Source: Pseudobdellovibrionaceae bacterium
GTDB taxonomy: Bacteria; Bdellovibrionota; Bdellovibrionia; Bdellovibrionales; Bdellovibrionaceae
Assembly: GCA_039810425.1 (NCBI GenBank)
Contig: JBDHWW010000004.1
Location: forward strand, 1 to 64,000
DNA: 64,000 bases
Reading direction: 5' to 3'
Shown here piece by piece: positions 39,862-49,212 of the stretch. A program made the position numbers and the translations under genes. Under the pieces are notes generated by a model, which was given only the letters and a program-made list of their open reading frames with translations, was not told the origin of the DNA and did no database searches. The number at the start of each line of letters is the position of its first letter. The stretch's first letter is position 1.

Positions 39862-40590
39862 ATGAAGCGTTGTTTGTTAATGCTCTCCATACCGTTCCTG
39901 ACATGCTCAGTCTTTGCCAAGGCTGAGCATTCTTGTATGTACCTTCACATTGATGATGCGATGATTTTGAATCAGGCGCGAGCGCCGATTTATAGCCGCC
40001 TCAGCGATGGTGAGAGTGATGGCGTCAGTGAGGCCATGATCTCATTCGAGAAGGGCCTGCTCCGTGCCGCGAGTATCGCTGATGCGGTGGCATTCCCTCT
40101 GCAAGTTTCTGGCATTCCTATTCTTTGTGTCGACTACGTTCACATGAGCGAGACTCCGCCGTTCCGCAATTCATTTGCGCAAGGAGCGCCGAAGCTGTCG
40201 CAATTCCATCAGTTGGATATTTACGCGGTTAAAGTCGCGCTGACTGCGGCTTTACAGTCTGATGATTTTGAATCCCTGATTGAAATCGCCACTCAGAATA
40301 TTGAAGTCCTAGAGAGGGAGAAGCGCTTTAACTGTATGGTTCATCATTTCTTAGAGAGCATTCGTCGTGTTGCAGGACTGGCTCCGCAGTATCAGGCCAT
40401 GGCGAAAAGTAAGTTGAGTGCCTACGGAACGAAGCTGATTTCGAAAAAAGTTCTCAAGGGACATATCAAATATTTGGATGAAGCTGCACACATTGATCTG
40501 CTGGCTGCTCCTGTGCAGGCTCAGAACATTCCTATTATTTGCCAGGATGTTCCTCATACCCCGCTCGCGCCAAACCTGCTCCAGCAGTAG
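39862..40590 (+). CDS. Secreted hypothetical protein with internal duplication
   Basis: Signal peptide; two CM..H...AP.Y...P.Q...IPI.C.D units. Confidence 0.75.
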   Translation: MKRCLLMLSIPFLTCSVFAKAEHSCMYLHIDDAMILNQARAPIYSRLSDGESDGVSEAMISFEKGLLRAASIADAVAFPLQVSGIPILCVDYVHMSETPPFRNSFAQGAPKLSQFHQLDIYAVKVALTAALQSDDFESLIEIATQNIEVLEREKRFNCMVHHFLESIRRVAGLAPQYQAMAKSKLSAYGTKLISKKVLKGHIKYLDEAAHIDLLAAPVQAQNIPIICQDVPHTPLAPNLLQQ

Positions 40591-40778
40591 TTCTCCTGCT
40601 AGGATTCTATTAATAAAACTATCAGGGATTGTTCCTTGCACCTTCAGACGCGACGGCGGTCTAGGCATTGAATAAAAAAATCGTGCTGAGAGTCAGTAAA
40701 ATATTTTTCATACAGCCACTCTATCGCGGCGGCGCACTCACCGCAAATGACGAAGTCTTGACGACTTATTCATATCCG

Positions 40779-41171
40779 CTAATGAGTCCACAGGGATTCA
40801 ACCCACGCGCCATCTTTCTGGAGTATTTGCGACTTCAAAGTCTCATCTTTTTTCCAGATGCACAGGGTGAATGTCGGCCCTTCGTGATGGATGTAGCCGC
40901 AGTACATTTGATTGTCTGAGAAGTACAGATAACCTTGGCCGGTTTTTTGTTTCTGCTTGTAAGTCGTTACAAATAGGCGGTCTTTCGTATCTTTTGTCGC
41001 ATGCACATGTTTCACCACGATTTCTTCGTCGGGGACAGAGCCAAGCCAGTGGCCGACCAGATTTCTGGGCGCCTGGCCCAGTGGCCATGGCGAAGGATTG
41101 TCTTCACCGCTGCGACGACCGTAACTCAGCGACACATTCATGAAAACGAGGAAGAGGACGAGGTATTTCAT
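40779..41171 (-). CDS. Small secreted protein
   Basis: Signal peptide; ATGA overlap with upstream regulator; PWP motif. Confidence 0.75.
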   Translation of the reverse strand: MKYLVLFLVFMNVSLSYGRRSGEDNPSPWPLGQAPRNLVGHWLGSVPDEEIVVKHVHATKDTKDRLFVTTYKQKQKTGQGYLYFSDNQMYCGYIHHEGPTFTLCIWKKDETLKSQILQKDGAWVESLWTH

Positions 41172-42265
41172 AGGTGGCCTTCTTGGTGGTGAATCGCGAG
41201 TTTAAGTCCAGAGCTTAAGTGATAGCCTTGGCGCGACCGCAGAATATACTTACTTTGTTGAGGATCGGGTTCAATCAGCGTCCGCGCCCGTTTAATAGTC
41301 ACATAAATCGTATTGTCATGAACGGACGGATTATAAGGAGTCTGCCAGAGTCTTTCCGCGAGTTCTTCTTTAGAAAAAGCAACGCCGGGATTTTCCATCA
41401 ACAGTCGCATTAAGCTCATCAGGATAAATTGATTTTTGAGCTCGATGGGCCCTTTGGTTTTCTCAATCAACAGTTTGTTGTGCTCATCCAAGATCAGATC
41501 AAATTCCGAAATAGGGGCGGCGCCAAGACGACCGCGGAGGTTGTTCACGTTCCGATTCAGTTTCACATAATTGGCCGTGTCGACCATTCGGTGCGCGAGA
41601 TCCAGATAAATTCGGGCATTGTCTTTGTCGTCGTTTTCCAGATAGACGTAACCGATAGTGGAAATGATTGAGACATTTAAAAAGTTGTTTTTCACATTTT
41701 TGACGAGGTCGTACGCGCGCCAAATATAATTCAAAGCTCTGGCGCCGTTTTTATCGGCTAGGGCTTTATTCGCCTTAATCACATTGACCGAAACTTGGAG
41801 TTCGGCCCGTTGAAGTTCTTGGGCGATGGTCTCGAGCTGGGCGATTTTGAGATCTATTTGATCGAGGTCTTTCTTCAAAATAAGTGAAATGAAAATACAG
41901 CCAAACAGGGCCAAGAAAAGCGGGTAGTGATGGCGGCTCTCGATCGCATGGCTGAGGGATTTTTCAAGCAAACTCATGCCATCGAGAGGGCGCTTCTCGT
42001 CAAAAGCGCTGTAGCCCAGAAGGTAATTCATCACCGCAAGCCCGTAATCACCAAACTCATTTAAGCGGGGGTGAGCTTCCTCGAGCAGGTGCAGGCGCGA
42101 TGCGGTCATCTCCGCCTCGATATAGATTCGCAGGCGCATGAGGACAGCCTCGATGTACTGATCCTGGTCTATGTCGGGCAAATCACAAAAAGCCTCGAGT
42201 GATTCGAGGGCTTTTTGAAAGTCTCCTTGGTGGAAGCGGCTTTGGCCGAGATCAAACAAACTCAT
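41168..42265 (-). CDS. TPR-like + C-terminal OmpR/PhoB-type wHTH regulator
   Basis: Helical repeats, then SKEELAERLW...DNTIYVTIKRAR..IE...YI.R...GY. Confidence 0.85.
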   Translation of the reverse strand: MSLFDLGQSRFHQGDFQKALESLEAFCDLPDIDQDQYIEAVLMRLRIYIEAEMTASRLHLLEEAHPRLNEFGDYGLAVMNYLLGYSAFDEKRPLDGMSLLEKSLSHAIESRHHYPLFLALFGCIFISLILKKDLDQIDLKIAQLETIAQELQRAELQVSVNVIKANKALADKNGARALNYIWRAYDLVKNVKNNFLNVSIISTIGYVYLENDDKDNARIYLDLAHRMVDTANYVKLNRNVNNLRGRLGAAPISEFDLILDEHNKLLIEKTKGPIELKNQFILMSLMRLLMENPGVAFSKEELAERLWQTPYNPSVHDNTIYVTIKRARTLIEPDPQQSKYILRSRQGYHLSSGLKLAIHHQEGHL

Positions 42266-42377
42266 TGAAGACAGGTTTTGTCATTTTTTAGATGCGTGCG
42301 CAATAAGAATGACAGGAAATTAAATCTTTAAACTCCGTGTTGTGTCGTGAAGTTGAAAGTTGCGGCGAAAAAAACGC

Positions 42378-42410
42378 AAAAAAAAAGACCACCCTGAGGG
42401 CGGTCTTTTT
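42378..42410 (-). terminator. Intrinsic terminator
   Basis: GACCGCCC-tca-GGGTGGTC followed by T9 on the minus strand. Confidence 0.85.
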
Positions 42411-42432
42411 CACGAGAAGTGAGTCTCAGGGA

Positions 42433-42951
42433 TTAGAAGTAACCTTCTTCATCGTCGTCGTCATCGTCGTCGTCCTCATCATCGTCGTCATCGTCGTCAG
42501 GCTTGCTAGGAGTATCTTCCATGTCTTCGAAAGAGTCGTCTTCTTGCTCTTCAGCGCCTTCCCAGTCTTCGTCGCTGATGGGTTCTTCTTCGATATCAAC
42601 CATGCTTTCGAGCTCATTTTCGTCGTCGAACTCGTTAGAGATATCGTCCAAAGCGGTTTCAGGTTTGATCGCGGCAACCGTTGCAGCACCTACAACCGCA
42701 CCCACTACAGCTGCTTTTTTAACTTTTGAAGCCGGAGATTTTTTTGCCTTTGACGCAGCTTTTTTTGCTGCGGGCTTTTTAGCTGCCTTCTTAGTGACTT
42801 TTTTTGCAGCCTTTTTTGGAGCTGCTTTTTTAGTCGCTTTCTTAGTAGGTTTAGCGGCTTTTTTCGGAGCTGCTTTCTTAGTTGCTTTTTTGGCAGCCTT
42901 TTTTGGCGCCGCTTTTTTTGTTTTTTTGGTTTTCGATGCTTTTTTTGCCAT
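42433..42951 (-). CDS. Histone H1-like Lys/Ala-rich protein with acidic C-terminal half
   Basis: KKAAPKKAA repeats then D/E tract; own terminator; upstream TTGCTT-N17-TAGGCT. Confidence 0.85.
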   Translation of the reverse strand: MAKKASKTKKTKKAAPKKAAKKATKKAAPKKAAKPTKKATKKAAPKKAAKKVTKKAAKKPAAKKAASKAKKSPASKVKKAAVVGAVVGAATVAAIKPETALDDISNEFDDENELESMVDIEEEPISDEDWEGAEEQEDDSFEDMEDTPSKPDDDDDDDEDDDDDDDDEEGYF

Positions 42952-43074
42952 GAGGTGCCCCCTTAGAAGTTAAATCGCATGGAATAGAGCCTAGCGATTT
43001 TTTAGGGGGCAAGCAATAGATAATTACACTCTCACGGGCGCCTGACCTAAGTCCTTTACGTCACACCCTGGTCA

Positions 43075-43827
43075 TTAGAAGCGGAAGTGGTCATCAATGA
43101 TCGCTGCTATAGAATCCGGCATTTGTGTATTCATGAAAAACCCGCCATTGAAGCCACTCTTTGCGGGCACTGTGTGAAAATAACCAATCGTGTCCACGCC
43201 CCTGCGGATCGGAAAAGAGATTGCAACATAAGGATCAAATGGGCTGGAAAGAAAGACGCCGACCACATTGACGCCAATGTATAAATTGAACTTCACGTTG
43301 TTTTTGCCAGGAATCGCAATCGCAACGCTTGGCAACTCGCCACTGGCCACCTGCGGAAGCGGGTCTCCATTTGGCAAACGGGCAGGGTTTAAGAAGCTTG
43401 CTCCTTTGCGCACATAGCGTAAAGGAACACTCAAGGCGAGGTAAGAAGCTCCTTTATCGTCCTTATAAGTCATGAAAGTCACGTCCGGAAGGTCGGGAAT
43501 AGCTCCCTGAGTGCCATCAATATAGGGATTTACCTGGAGCGGGAGAATGAGCAAGAGCGCATTATTTGCCTTGTCGATATCAACAACCAAGCTGCCATCG
43601 TCGTTACCGCCGGAGATCATTCCCTTATATTGAAGCTTTTGGTAAGCGTCCGGATCGGTTGGGTTTACGCCCGGATCTACGCCACCATTGCCCACGGAGC
43701 CCGAGTGATTGCTGCTATTGTCGAAAATCGAGTTGGCGAACTGGAAACCGCCGTTGTTGCCACAGGCAGTAAGGCTCAGAAGTGTGCAAGTAACTGCTAA
43801 ACTTTTAAAGATGGTTGGTCGTAACAT
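43075..43827 (-). CDS. Hypothetical lipoprotein
   Basis: GGGAGGA RBS; lipobox LTAC. Confidence 0.8.
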   Translation of the reverse strand: MLRPTIFKSLAVTCTLLSLTACGNNGGFQFANSIFDNSSNHSGSVGNGGVDPGVNPTDPDAYQKLQYKGMISGGNDDGSLVVDIDKANNALLLILPLQVNPYIDGTQGAIPDLPDVTFMTYKDDKGASYLALSVPLRYVRKGASFLNPARLPNGDPLPQVASGELPSVAIAIPGKNNVKFNLYIGVNVVGVFLSSPFDPYVAISFPIRRGVDTIGYFHTVPAKSGFNGGFFMNTQMPDSIAAIIDDHFRF

Positions 43828-43846
43828 AGATCCTCCCGACACCTTA

Positions 43847-43875
43847 TTTTTCGGATAAAGGTCGGGTAGACTTTA
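43847..43875 (-). promoter_or_regulatory. Sigma28-type promoter
   Basis: TAAAG-N16-CCGAAAAA on the minus strand. Confidence 0.65.
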
Positions 43876-44025
43876 GTTAAATATTTGATTTTATTAGTAA
43901 AATAGTTGTACAGAAAAGCTCAAAATCTCTGGACTTAGCGCCAGTCTTGTCGACAACTTTGGCAAAAAAACAGGGATCCCTATTGCGCCTTATGGTTGGA
44001 GTGTTGCTGTGGGTAAGGGAAAAAG

Positions 44026-44065
44026 AAAAATGCCGATGGGTTTGGCCATCGGCATTTTATTTTTT
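44026..44065. terminator. Flagellin terminator (bidirectional form)
   Basis: 13-bp stem AAAATGCCGATGG/CCATCGGCATTTT. Confidence 0.88.
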
Positions 44066-44111
44066 ATCGAGTTCAGTTGCGAGCAGCGCCCGCAACTTGT
44101 ATTGCGGACTA

Positions 44112-44945
44112 TTAACCGATCAACTTCAAAGCCAATTGGTTCACTTGGTTAGCTTGAGCAAGAGTAGAAGTACCTGCTTGCAATAAGATATTGTTACGAG
44201 TCATCTCAGAAGATGCCTGAGCAACGTCAGTGTCACGGATACGTGAGTTAGACGCAGACATGTTCTCAGTCGCAACACCCAAGTTATCAACAGTCGAAGT
44301 CAAACGATTCTGAAGGGCACCAAGATTAGCGCGAGTGCCATTCACAGAAGTTTGAGCAGCATCGAGAAGTGCAAGAGCTGACTGAGCACCTTCTTTAGAA
44401 GTGTAGTCAAGACCGCTCAAGCCAAGAGCATCAAGAGTCGCAACGTTTTCACCAGCGTGGAAAGTGATACGATCTTCTTCTTGGTTGTTGAACAAACCCA
44501 CTTGGAAATCGAAGTCTGGTGTAGAACCATCCAACAATTTTGTAGAACCCCAAGTAGTTACTGAAGCGATACGTTGAATTTCAGCTTTCAACTGTTGAAC
44601 CTCTTTATCCACGAACCCGCGCTCAGTTTGCCCAACTGTATCAGACGCAGCTTGGATGCCCAATTCACGAAGACGAACCACGATGTTGCCGATCTCGTTC
44701 AAGCCACCCTCAGCAGTTTGCACCATTGAGATACCGTCATTCGCGTTACGTTGAGCTTGCATACCAGAGCGGATTTGGGCTTTTAAGTTTTCACTGATTG
44801 CCAGGCCCGCAGCGTCGTCAGCCGCTTTATTGATACGGCTGCCAGAAGCCAATTGAGCCATAGAGCTATTGATTTGACGTTGGCTGCCGATCAAGTTTCT
44901 TTGAGCGTTCAAAGCCGAAATATTTGTTGTTACACGCATTCCCAT
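44112..44945 (-). CDS. fliC: Flagellin (short, 277 aa)
   Basis: LASGSRINKAADDAAGLAI; RANLGALQNRL; SRIRDTDVA. Confidence 0.97.
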   Translation of the reverse strand: MGMRVTTNISALNAQRNLIGSQRQINSSMAQLASGSRINKAADDAAGLAISENLKAQIRSGMQAQRNANDGISMVQTAEGGLNEIGNIVVRLRELGIQAASDTVGQTERGFVDKEVQQLKAEIQRIASVTTWGSTKLLDGSTPDFDFQVGLFNNQEEDRITFHAGENVATLDALGLSGLDYTSKEGAQSALALLDAAQTSVNGTRANLGALQNRLTSTVDNLGVATENMSASNSRIRDTDVAQASSEMTRNNILLQAGTSTLAQANQVNQLALKLIG

Positions 44946-45233
44946 TTAAAATTCCTCCATTTAATATTTTATTTTTTTCATCTCAATACCTTCCTTGTTT
45001 TTATTTCCCCGAGTCCATTTTTATGGGGGCGGCATCCGAGCCGATTTTATTTTTCTTTGGCCTATAACTATTAAGAAAACTAACTGAACATTCTATTGTT
45101 CGTTTTTTATCTCATCCGTGAAGGCCCTCCTTTCGGTTTCCTAGGAGAGAGTGTGACCTTGTTTCTCGCTCTCTCCGGTCCGTCCTGGATCCACATTAGT
45201 AACTGTGAATACAAAAACTCATTGATGCGTTTA

Positions 45234-45260
45234 AGATCGGGATTCGCGACGAAGTCTTGA
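45234..45260 (-). promoter_or_regulatory. Candidate sigma28 promoter of flagellin
   Basis: TCAA-N15-CCCGATCT on the minus strand. Confidence 0.55.
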
Positions 45261-45459
45261 CAGGACTCTGGGCGGGTTTTGCGCTTTTTTTGCAATACTA
45301 GCCCAAAGGCAGAAGCGCTCCCAGAGAGGAATCAGGACGAAGGGGTGTCTTGCGCCACTCTGTTACAGTACTTTGGGTGGATTTTCAGAGGGAAAACGGG
45401 ACTTAGGGTCGGTCAAAAAAATACGGGGCAGAAGTGGCACTGGCGCTTGGTATAGCAAG

Positions 45460-45574
45460 CTGTTTGCAGTGACTTTGCGGCAATAAAAAAAATCGGCATT
45501 TTCCACCAAAGCCTTGATTTCACTTCGACACATTATCACCAAGCACTCACAGCAACGAGTACGGGATAGATAGC
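45460..45574. repeat. Dispersed ~113-bp intergenic repeat, copy 2
   Basis: About 90% identical to 388-501, same orientation. Confidence 0.95.
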
Positions 45575-45583
45575 TTGAAGAGT

Positions 45584-45838
45584 TTAATCAATCTCAATGA
45601 AGCGGCACTGAGCTATTTTACCTGACATATTGTAGTCCGCCTGTTGCTGCGCGCGTAGATGGGGGCCCGTCTTATAGCCGAGTGTGCAAGTCACCGAAAT
45701 CGAATTAAAGTGTGAGCAGTCTTCGCAGGCGGTGCGGAAGTCATACTTCAGGTAATCAGTCGGATGGATCCCGTCCTTCTTAATGGAAGGATGTATCCGT
45801 TTTGGTTGAAATTTTGGGTTGGGCTCACCACCGAACAT
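45584..45838 (-). CDS. Small Cys-cluster protein (CxxCxxF-x6-C...C)
   Basis: ACEDCSHF...TCTLGY...QCRF; start uncertain. Confidence 0.65.
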   Translation of the reverse strand: MFGGEPNPKFQPKRIHPSIKKDGIHPTDYLKYDFRTACEDCSHFNSISVTCTLGYKTGPHLRAQQQADYNMSGKIAQCRFIEID

Positions 45839-45862
45839 TGACAATCTCCCCCGAGGCCTCAT
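45838..45862 (+). promoter_or_regulatory. Sigma32-like heat-shock promoter of clpB
   Basis: TTGACA-N13-CCTCAT vs consensus TTGAAA-N13/14-CCCCAT. Confidence 0.55.
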
Positions 45863-45885
45863 CCTTATTACAGACGGAGGACATC

Positions 45886-48474
45886 ATGAGCAACGACATT
45901 GAAAAAATGACGCGTAAAAGTCAGGAAGCCATGCAGGCGGCTGCGCAAAACGCGGAAACTCGAGGCAACCCATCTGTGGAGCCCGAGCACCTCTTGCTGG
46001 AGCTTTTGCAGCAGTCTGAGGGGATCGTTCCTCGTGTTCTCGAGAAACAAAATCTTTCTGTCAAATCCATGCTAGAGGATTTGAAGTCGAAAATCGATAA
46101 ATTGCCCCGCGTGAGTGGCGGTGGCCAGAAGGTTTTTGCCAGTCAGCGCCTGCAAAAACTGTTCGCCGTGTCCCATCAGGTGGCCTCAGACTGGGGAGAT
46201 GCTTATATCTCCACCGAGCACTTTCTTTTGGCGATGCTCGGGATGAACGACGGTGAATTGAATGCTTTTTTTAAAAAGCATCATGTGAAGTATGATCCAA
46301 CGGTACAGGCTCTTCGGGAAGTGAGAGGAAACCAAAAAGTGACAGATGATGATCCGGAAAATAAATATGAGGTCCTTGGTAAGTACGCCCGGGATTTAAC
46401 TGCTTTGGCCGCCGAAGGAAAGCTCGACCCCGTGGTCGGTCGTGACGAAGAAATCCGCCGCGTGATTCAGGTGCTTTCCCGTCGGACCAAAAACAATCCG
46501 GTTTTGATCGGTGAGCCGGGCGTGGGTAAAACCGCCATTGCCGAAGGTCTTGCCGTGCGTATTCTGAAGCAGGATGTGCCGGAAAACCTCGTTGGTAAAA
46601 AACTCATGTCCCTCGATATGGGGGCGCTCATTGCCGGCGCGAAATACCGCGGGGAATTTGAGGATCGACTGAAAGCCGTGATCAAAGAAGTCACTCAGAG
46701 TGACGGTCAGATCATTCTCTTCATCGATGAAATTCACAATCTTGTTGGCGCAGGGAAGACGGAAGGCGCAATGGACGCCGGTCAACTGTTGAAACCGGCC
46801 TTGGCTCGTGGCGAGCTTCGCTGTATCGGCGCAACCACTTTGGACGAATATCGCAAATACATTGAAAAGGATGCGGCCCTTGAGCGTCGTTTTCAAACCG
46901 TGCTTGTGGATGAGCCTAATGTCGATGATGCGATCACGATCTTGCGAGGCTTAAAAGAAAAGTACGAACTCCACCATGGAATTCGCATCATGGATTCGGC
47001 CCTGGTCGCGGCGGTGAAGCTTTCGCACAGATACATTCAAAACCGCTTCTTGCCGGATAAAGCGATCGACTTGATCGATGAGGCCGCAAGTAAGCTCAGT
47101 ATCGAAACAAAGAGCGTGCCGGAAGAGATCGACAAGATTGAGCGCGAACTCATGCAGCTGAGAATTGAGAAAGAGGCGTTGAAAAAAGAGAAAGACGAAG
47201 GCGCGAAAGATCGCCTGCAGATCATTGAAAAAGAAATCAAAGATCTGACCGCGCAGAATCAGCAATTGCGCGAACAATGGAACTTCGAAAAAGGTGGCAT
47301 TGAACAGATTAAGAAAATCAAGGCTGACATCGAAGAGGCTAAAAATCTCATTGCCCGCGCCGAGCGTGAAGGCGATTTGGGCAAGGCTGCGGAACTAAAA
47401 TACGGCAAACTGCCTGAGATGGAAAAGAAGCTCAAAGACTTCGAAGCTCGCAGCCAGAAGTCCGCAAATGAAACTCGCATGCTGAAAGAGGAAGTGAGCC
47501 CCGAAGACGTGGCGGAAGTCATCGCGAAGTGGACGGGTATTCCAGTTTCAAAAATGCTTGAAAGCGAATCCCACAAACTTCTCCACATGGAGGAGCAACT
47601 CAAGAATCGTGTTGTGGGGCAGGATCATGCGCTGACGGCGGTGGCGGATGCGATTCGCCGTGCGCGTGCCGAGATCTCGGATCCCAACCGCCCGATCGGC
47701 ACGTTCATCTTCTTGGGGCCAACGGGTGTCGGTAAAACCGAAACCGTGAAGGCCCTGGCTGAGTTCCTGTTCGACGATGAACAGGCCGTCGTCCGCATCG
47801 ACATGAGTGAGTATATGGAAAAACATTCTGTGGCTCGTTTGGTTGGCGCCCCTCCGGGGTATGTGGGTTACGAAGAAGGCGGTCAGTTGACCGAAGCCGT
47901 CCGCCGTAAGCCTTACAGTGTGGTGCTTTTGGATGAAGTTGAAAAAGCCCATCCGGATGTTTTCAATATTTTACTGCAGGTTTTGGATGACGGCCGTTTG
48001 ACGGACGGTCAAGGCCGCACCGTGGACTTTAAAAATACGGTGCTGATAATGACATCAAATATCGGTTCGCATGCGATTATCGATCCGAATATGAGCGAAG
48101 AGGCCAAAACTAAAGCTGTGAACGAGGCTATGCGCGCGCACTTCCGTCCTGAGTTCTTAAATCGCATTGATGAGATCGTCATGTTTAAGGCTCTCGGCGA
48201 AAAGCAGATTGCCGGCATTGTGAAGGTGCAGCTCGACTTGGTTGAGCAGCGCTTGAAAGCGAAGAAGATCGTGATCGGCTTTAAGGATTCTGCGATTCAG
48301 TATCTCGCGAAGAAAGGTTACGATCCGGTTTACGGGGCTCGTCCTTTGAAGCGCGTGATCCAAAACGAGTTGCTGAACCCACTTTCGAAGCAGATCATCG
48401 CCGGGGATGTCCGGGCCGGGGATCAGATCAAAATCGAATCCGGCGACAGCGGGCTCAAGATCAGCAAGAAATAA
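45886..48474 (+). CDS. clpB: Disaggregase ClpB
   Basis: Two AAA modules ([16 protein letters not shown]), coiled-coil M domain, GARPL; GGAGG RBS. Confidence 0.97.
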   Translation: MSNDIEKMTRKSQEAMQAAAQNAETRGNPSVEPEHLLLELLQQSEGIVPRVLEKQNLSVKSMLEDLKSKIDKLPRVSGGGQKVFASQRLQKLFAVSHQVASDWGDAYISTEHFLLAMLGMNDGELNAFFKKHHVKYDPTVQALREVRGNQKVTDDDPENKYEVLGKYARDLTALAAEGKLDPVVGRDEEIRRVIQVLSRRTKNNPVLIGEPGVGKTAIAEGLAVRILKQDVPENLVGKKLMSLDMGALIAGAKYRGEFEDRLKAVIKEVTQSDGQIILFIDEIHNLVGAGKTEGAMDAGQLLKPALARGELRCIGATTLDEYRKYIEKDAALERRFQTVLVDEPNVDDAITILRGLKEKYELHHGIRIMDSALVAAVKLSHRYIQNRFLPDKAIDLIDEAASKLSIETKSVPEEIDKIERELMQLRIEKEALKKEKDEGAKDRLQIIEKEIKDLTAQNQQLREQWNFEKGGIEQIKKIKADIEEAKNLIARAEREGDLGKAAELKYGKLPEMEKKLKDFEARSQKSANETRMLKEEVSPEDVAEVIAKWTGIPVSKMLESESHKLLHMEEQLKNRVVGQDHALTAVADAIRRARAEISDPNRPIGTFIFLGPTGVGKTETVKALAEFLFDDEQAVVRIDMSEYMEKHSVARLVGAPPGYVGYEEGGQLTEAVRRKPYSVVLLDEVEKAHPDVFNILLQVLDDGRLTDGQGRTVDFKNTVLIMTSNIGSHAIIDPNMSEEAKTKAVNEAMRAHFRPEFLNRIDEIVMFKALGEKQIAGIVKVQLDLVEQRLKAKKIVIGFKDSAIQYLAKKGYDPVYGARPLKRVIQNELLNPLSKQIIAGDVRAGDQIKIESGDSGLKISKK

Positions 48475-48610
48475 GCTCGAAGCAATGACTCGGTAACTGG
48501 TTATCTGCGGTTTACGGCTTAACTCAGACAGACTGAAGCGGCTGCGACGAAGATGCTGATACTAAAATCTTAGTCCAAAAGCTTTCGTTAATTGCAATAG
48601 GTAAGTTTTT

Positions 48611-49132
48611 TTAGTTTCTGGGTTTTATCAATTTGGGGATCGCTCCGAGCAGGAGCTTTTTTTCTTCGATGGTGAGGGGTTCGAGGAACTCGGCTTCGAG
48701 CTTCCTTATTTCCGGAGCGATATGATCCAGGAACTTCCGGCCGCGCGGCGTGATTTGCAAGTATTTCTCACGTCTGTCGCTTTCAGAAATCACGCGCACG
48801 ACGTAGTGGAGCTTTTCCAGGCCGTCGATGAGTTTTACGATGGTGGCCTTATCAATACCCATTTGCAAGCCTAATGAAACCTGGTTGAGGCCGTCCGATT
48901 CTTTAAGAATATTCAAGACACCGAACTGGGGGGCGACAAGCCCTACGCTGAGAAGGTGGGTGTCGATAATGGATCTAAATTTTAAAGCCACCTTGTATAG
49001 ACAGTAGCCCAGGTGTTTCTCTAAAACAGGGTGGAGCGTCCCGACCGTTGAGGAGGGAACTCTGCGATGACCACCGATCATCTCATTCTTGATTTGGGCC
49101 AGCTTTGTCTTTTTTGGTGATTTTGTCGGCAT
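48611..49132 (-). CDS. MarR family regulator
   Basis: IDKATIVKLIDGLE...V.R.....DRR....ITPRG. Confidence 0.92.
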   Translation of the reverse strand: MPTKSPKKTKLAQIKNEMIGGHRRVPSSTVGTLHPVLEKHLGYCLYKVALKFRSIIDTHLLSVGLVAPQFGVLNILKESDGLNQVSLGLQMGIDKATIVKLIDGLEKLHYVVRVISESDRREKYLQITPRGRKFLDHIAPEIRKLEAEFLEPLTIEEKKLLLGAIPKLIKPRN

Positions 49133-49151
49133 GCATGATAGATTCTAACAC

Positions 49152-49176
49152 AAATGGTTTGTTCAGCAAACCATTT
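49152..49176. promoter_or_regulatory. Putative MarR operator
   Basis: Perfect IR AAATGGTTTG-N5-CAAACCATTT between divergent marR and efflux operon. Confidence 0.75.
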
Positions 49177-49212
49177 AAAAACTAAACGATATGTATCACG
49201 ACCGGGGTCCTC

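Noticed and set aside
42337..42973. Antisense ORFs over the H1-like gene
   Set aside because: Low-complexity shadow frames; promoter and terminator support the minus-strand gene.
45435..45451. Sigma54 promoter TGGCAC...
   Set aside because: The -12 GC is absent at the required spacing.
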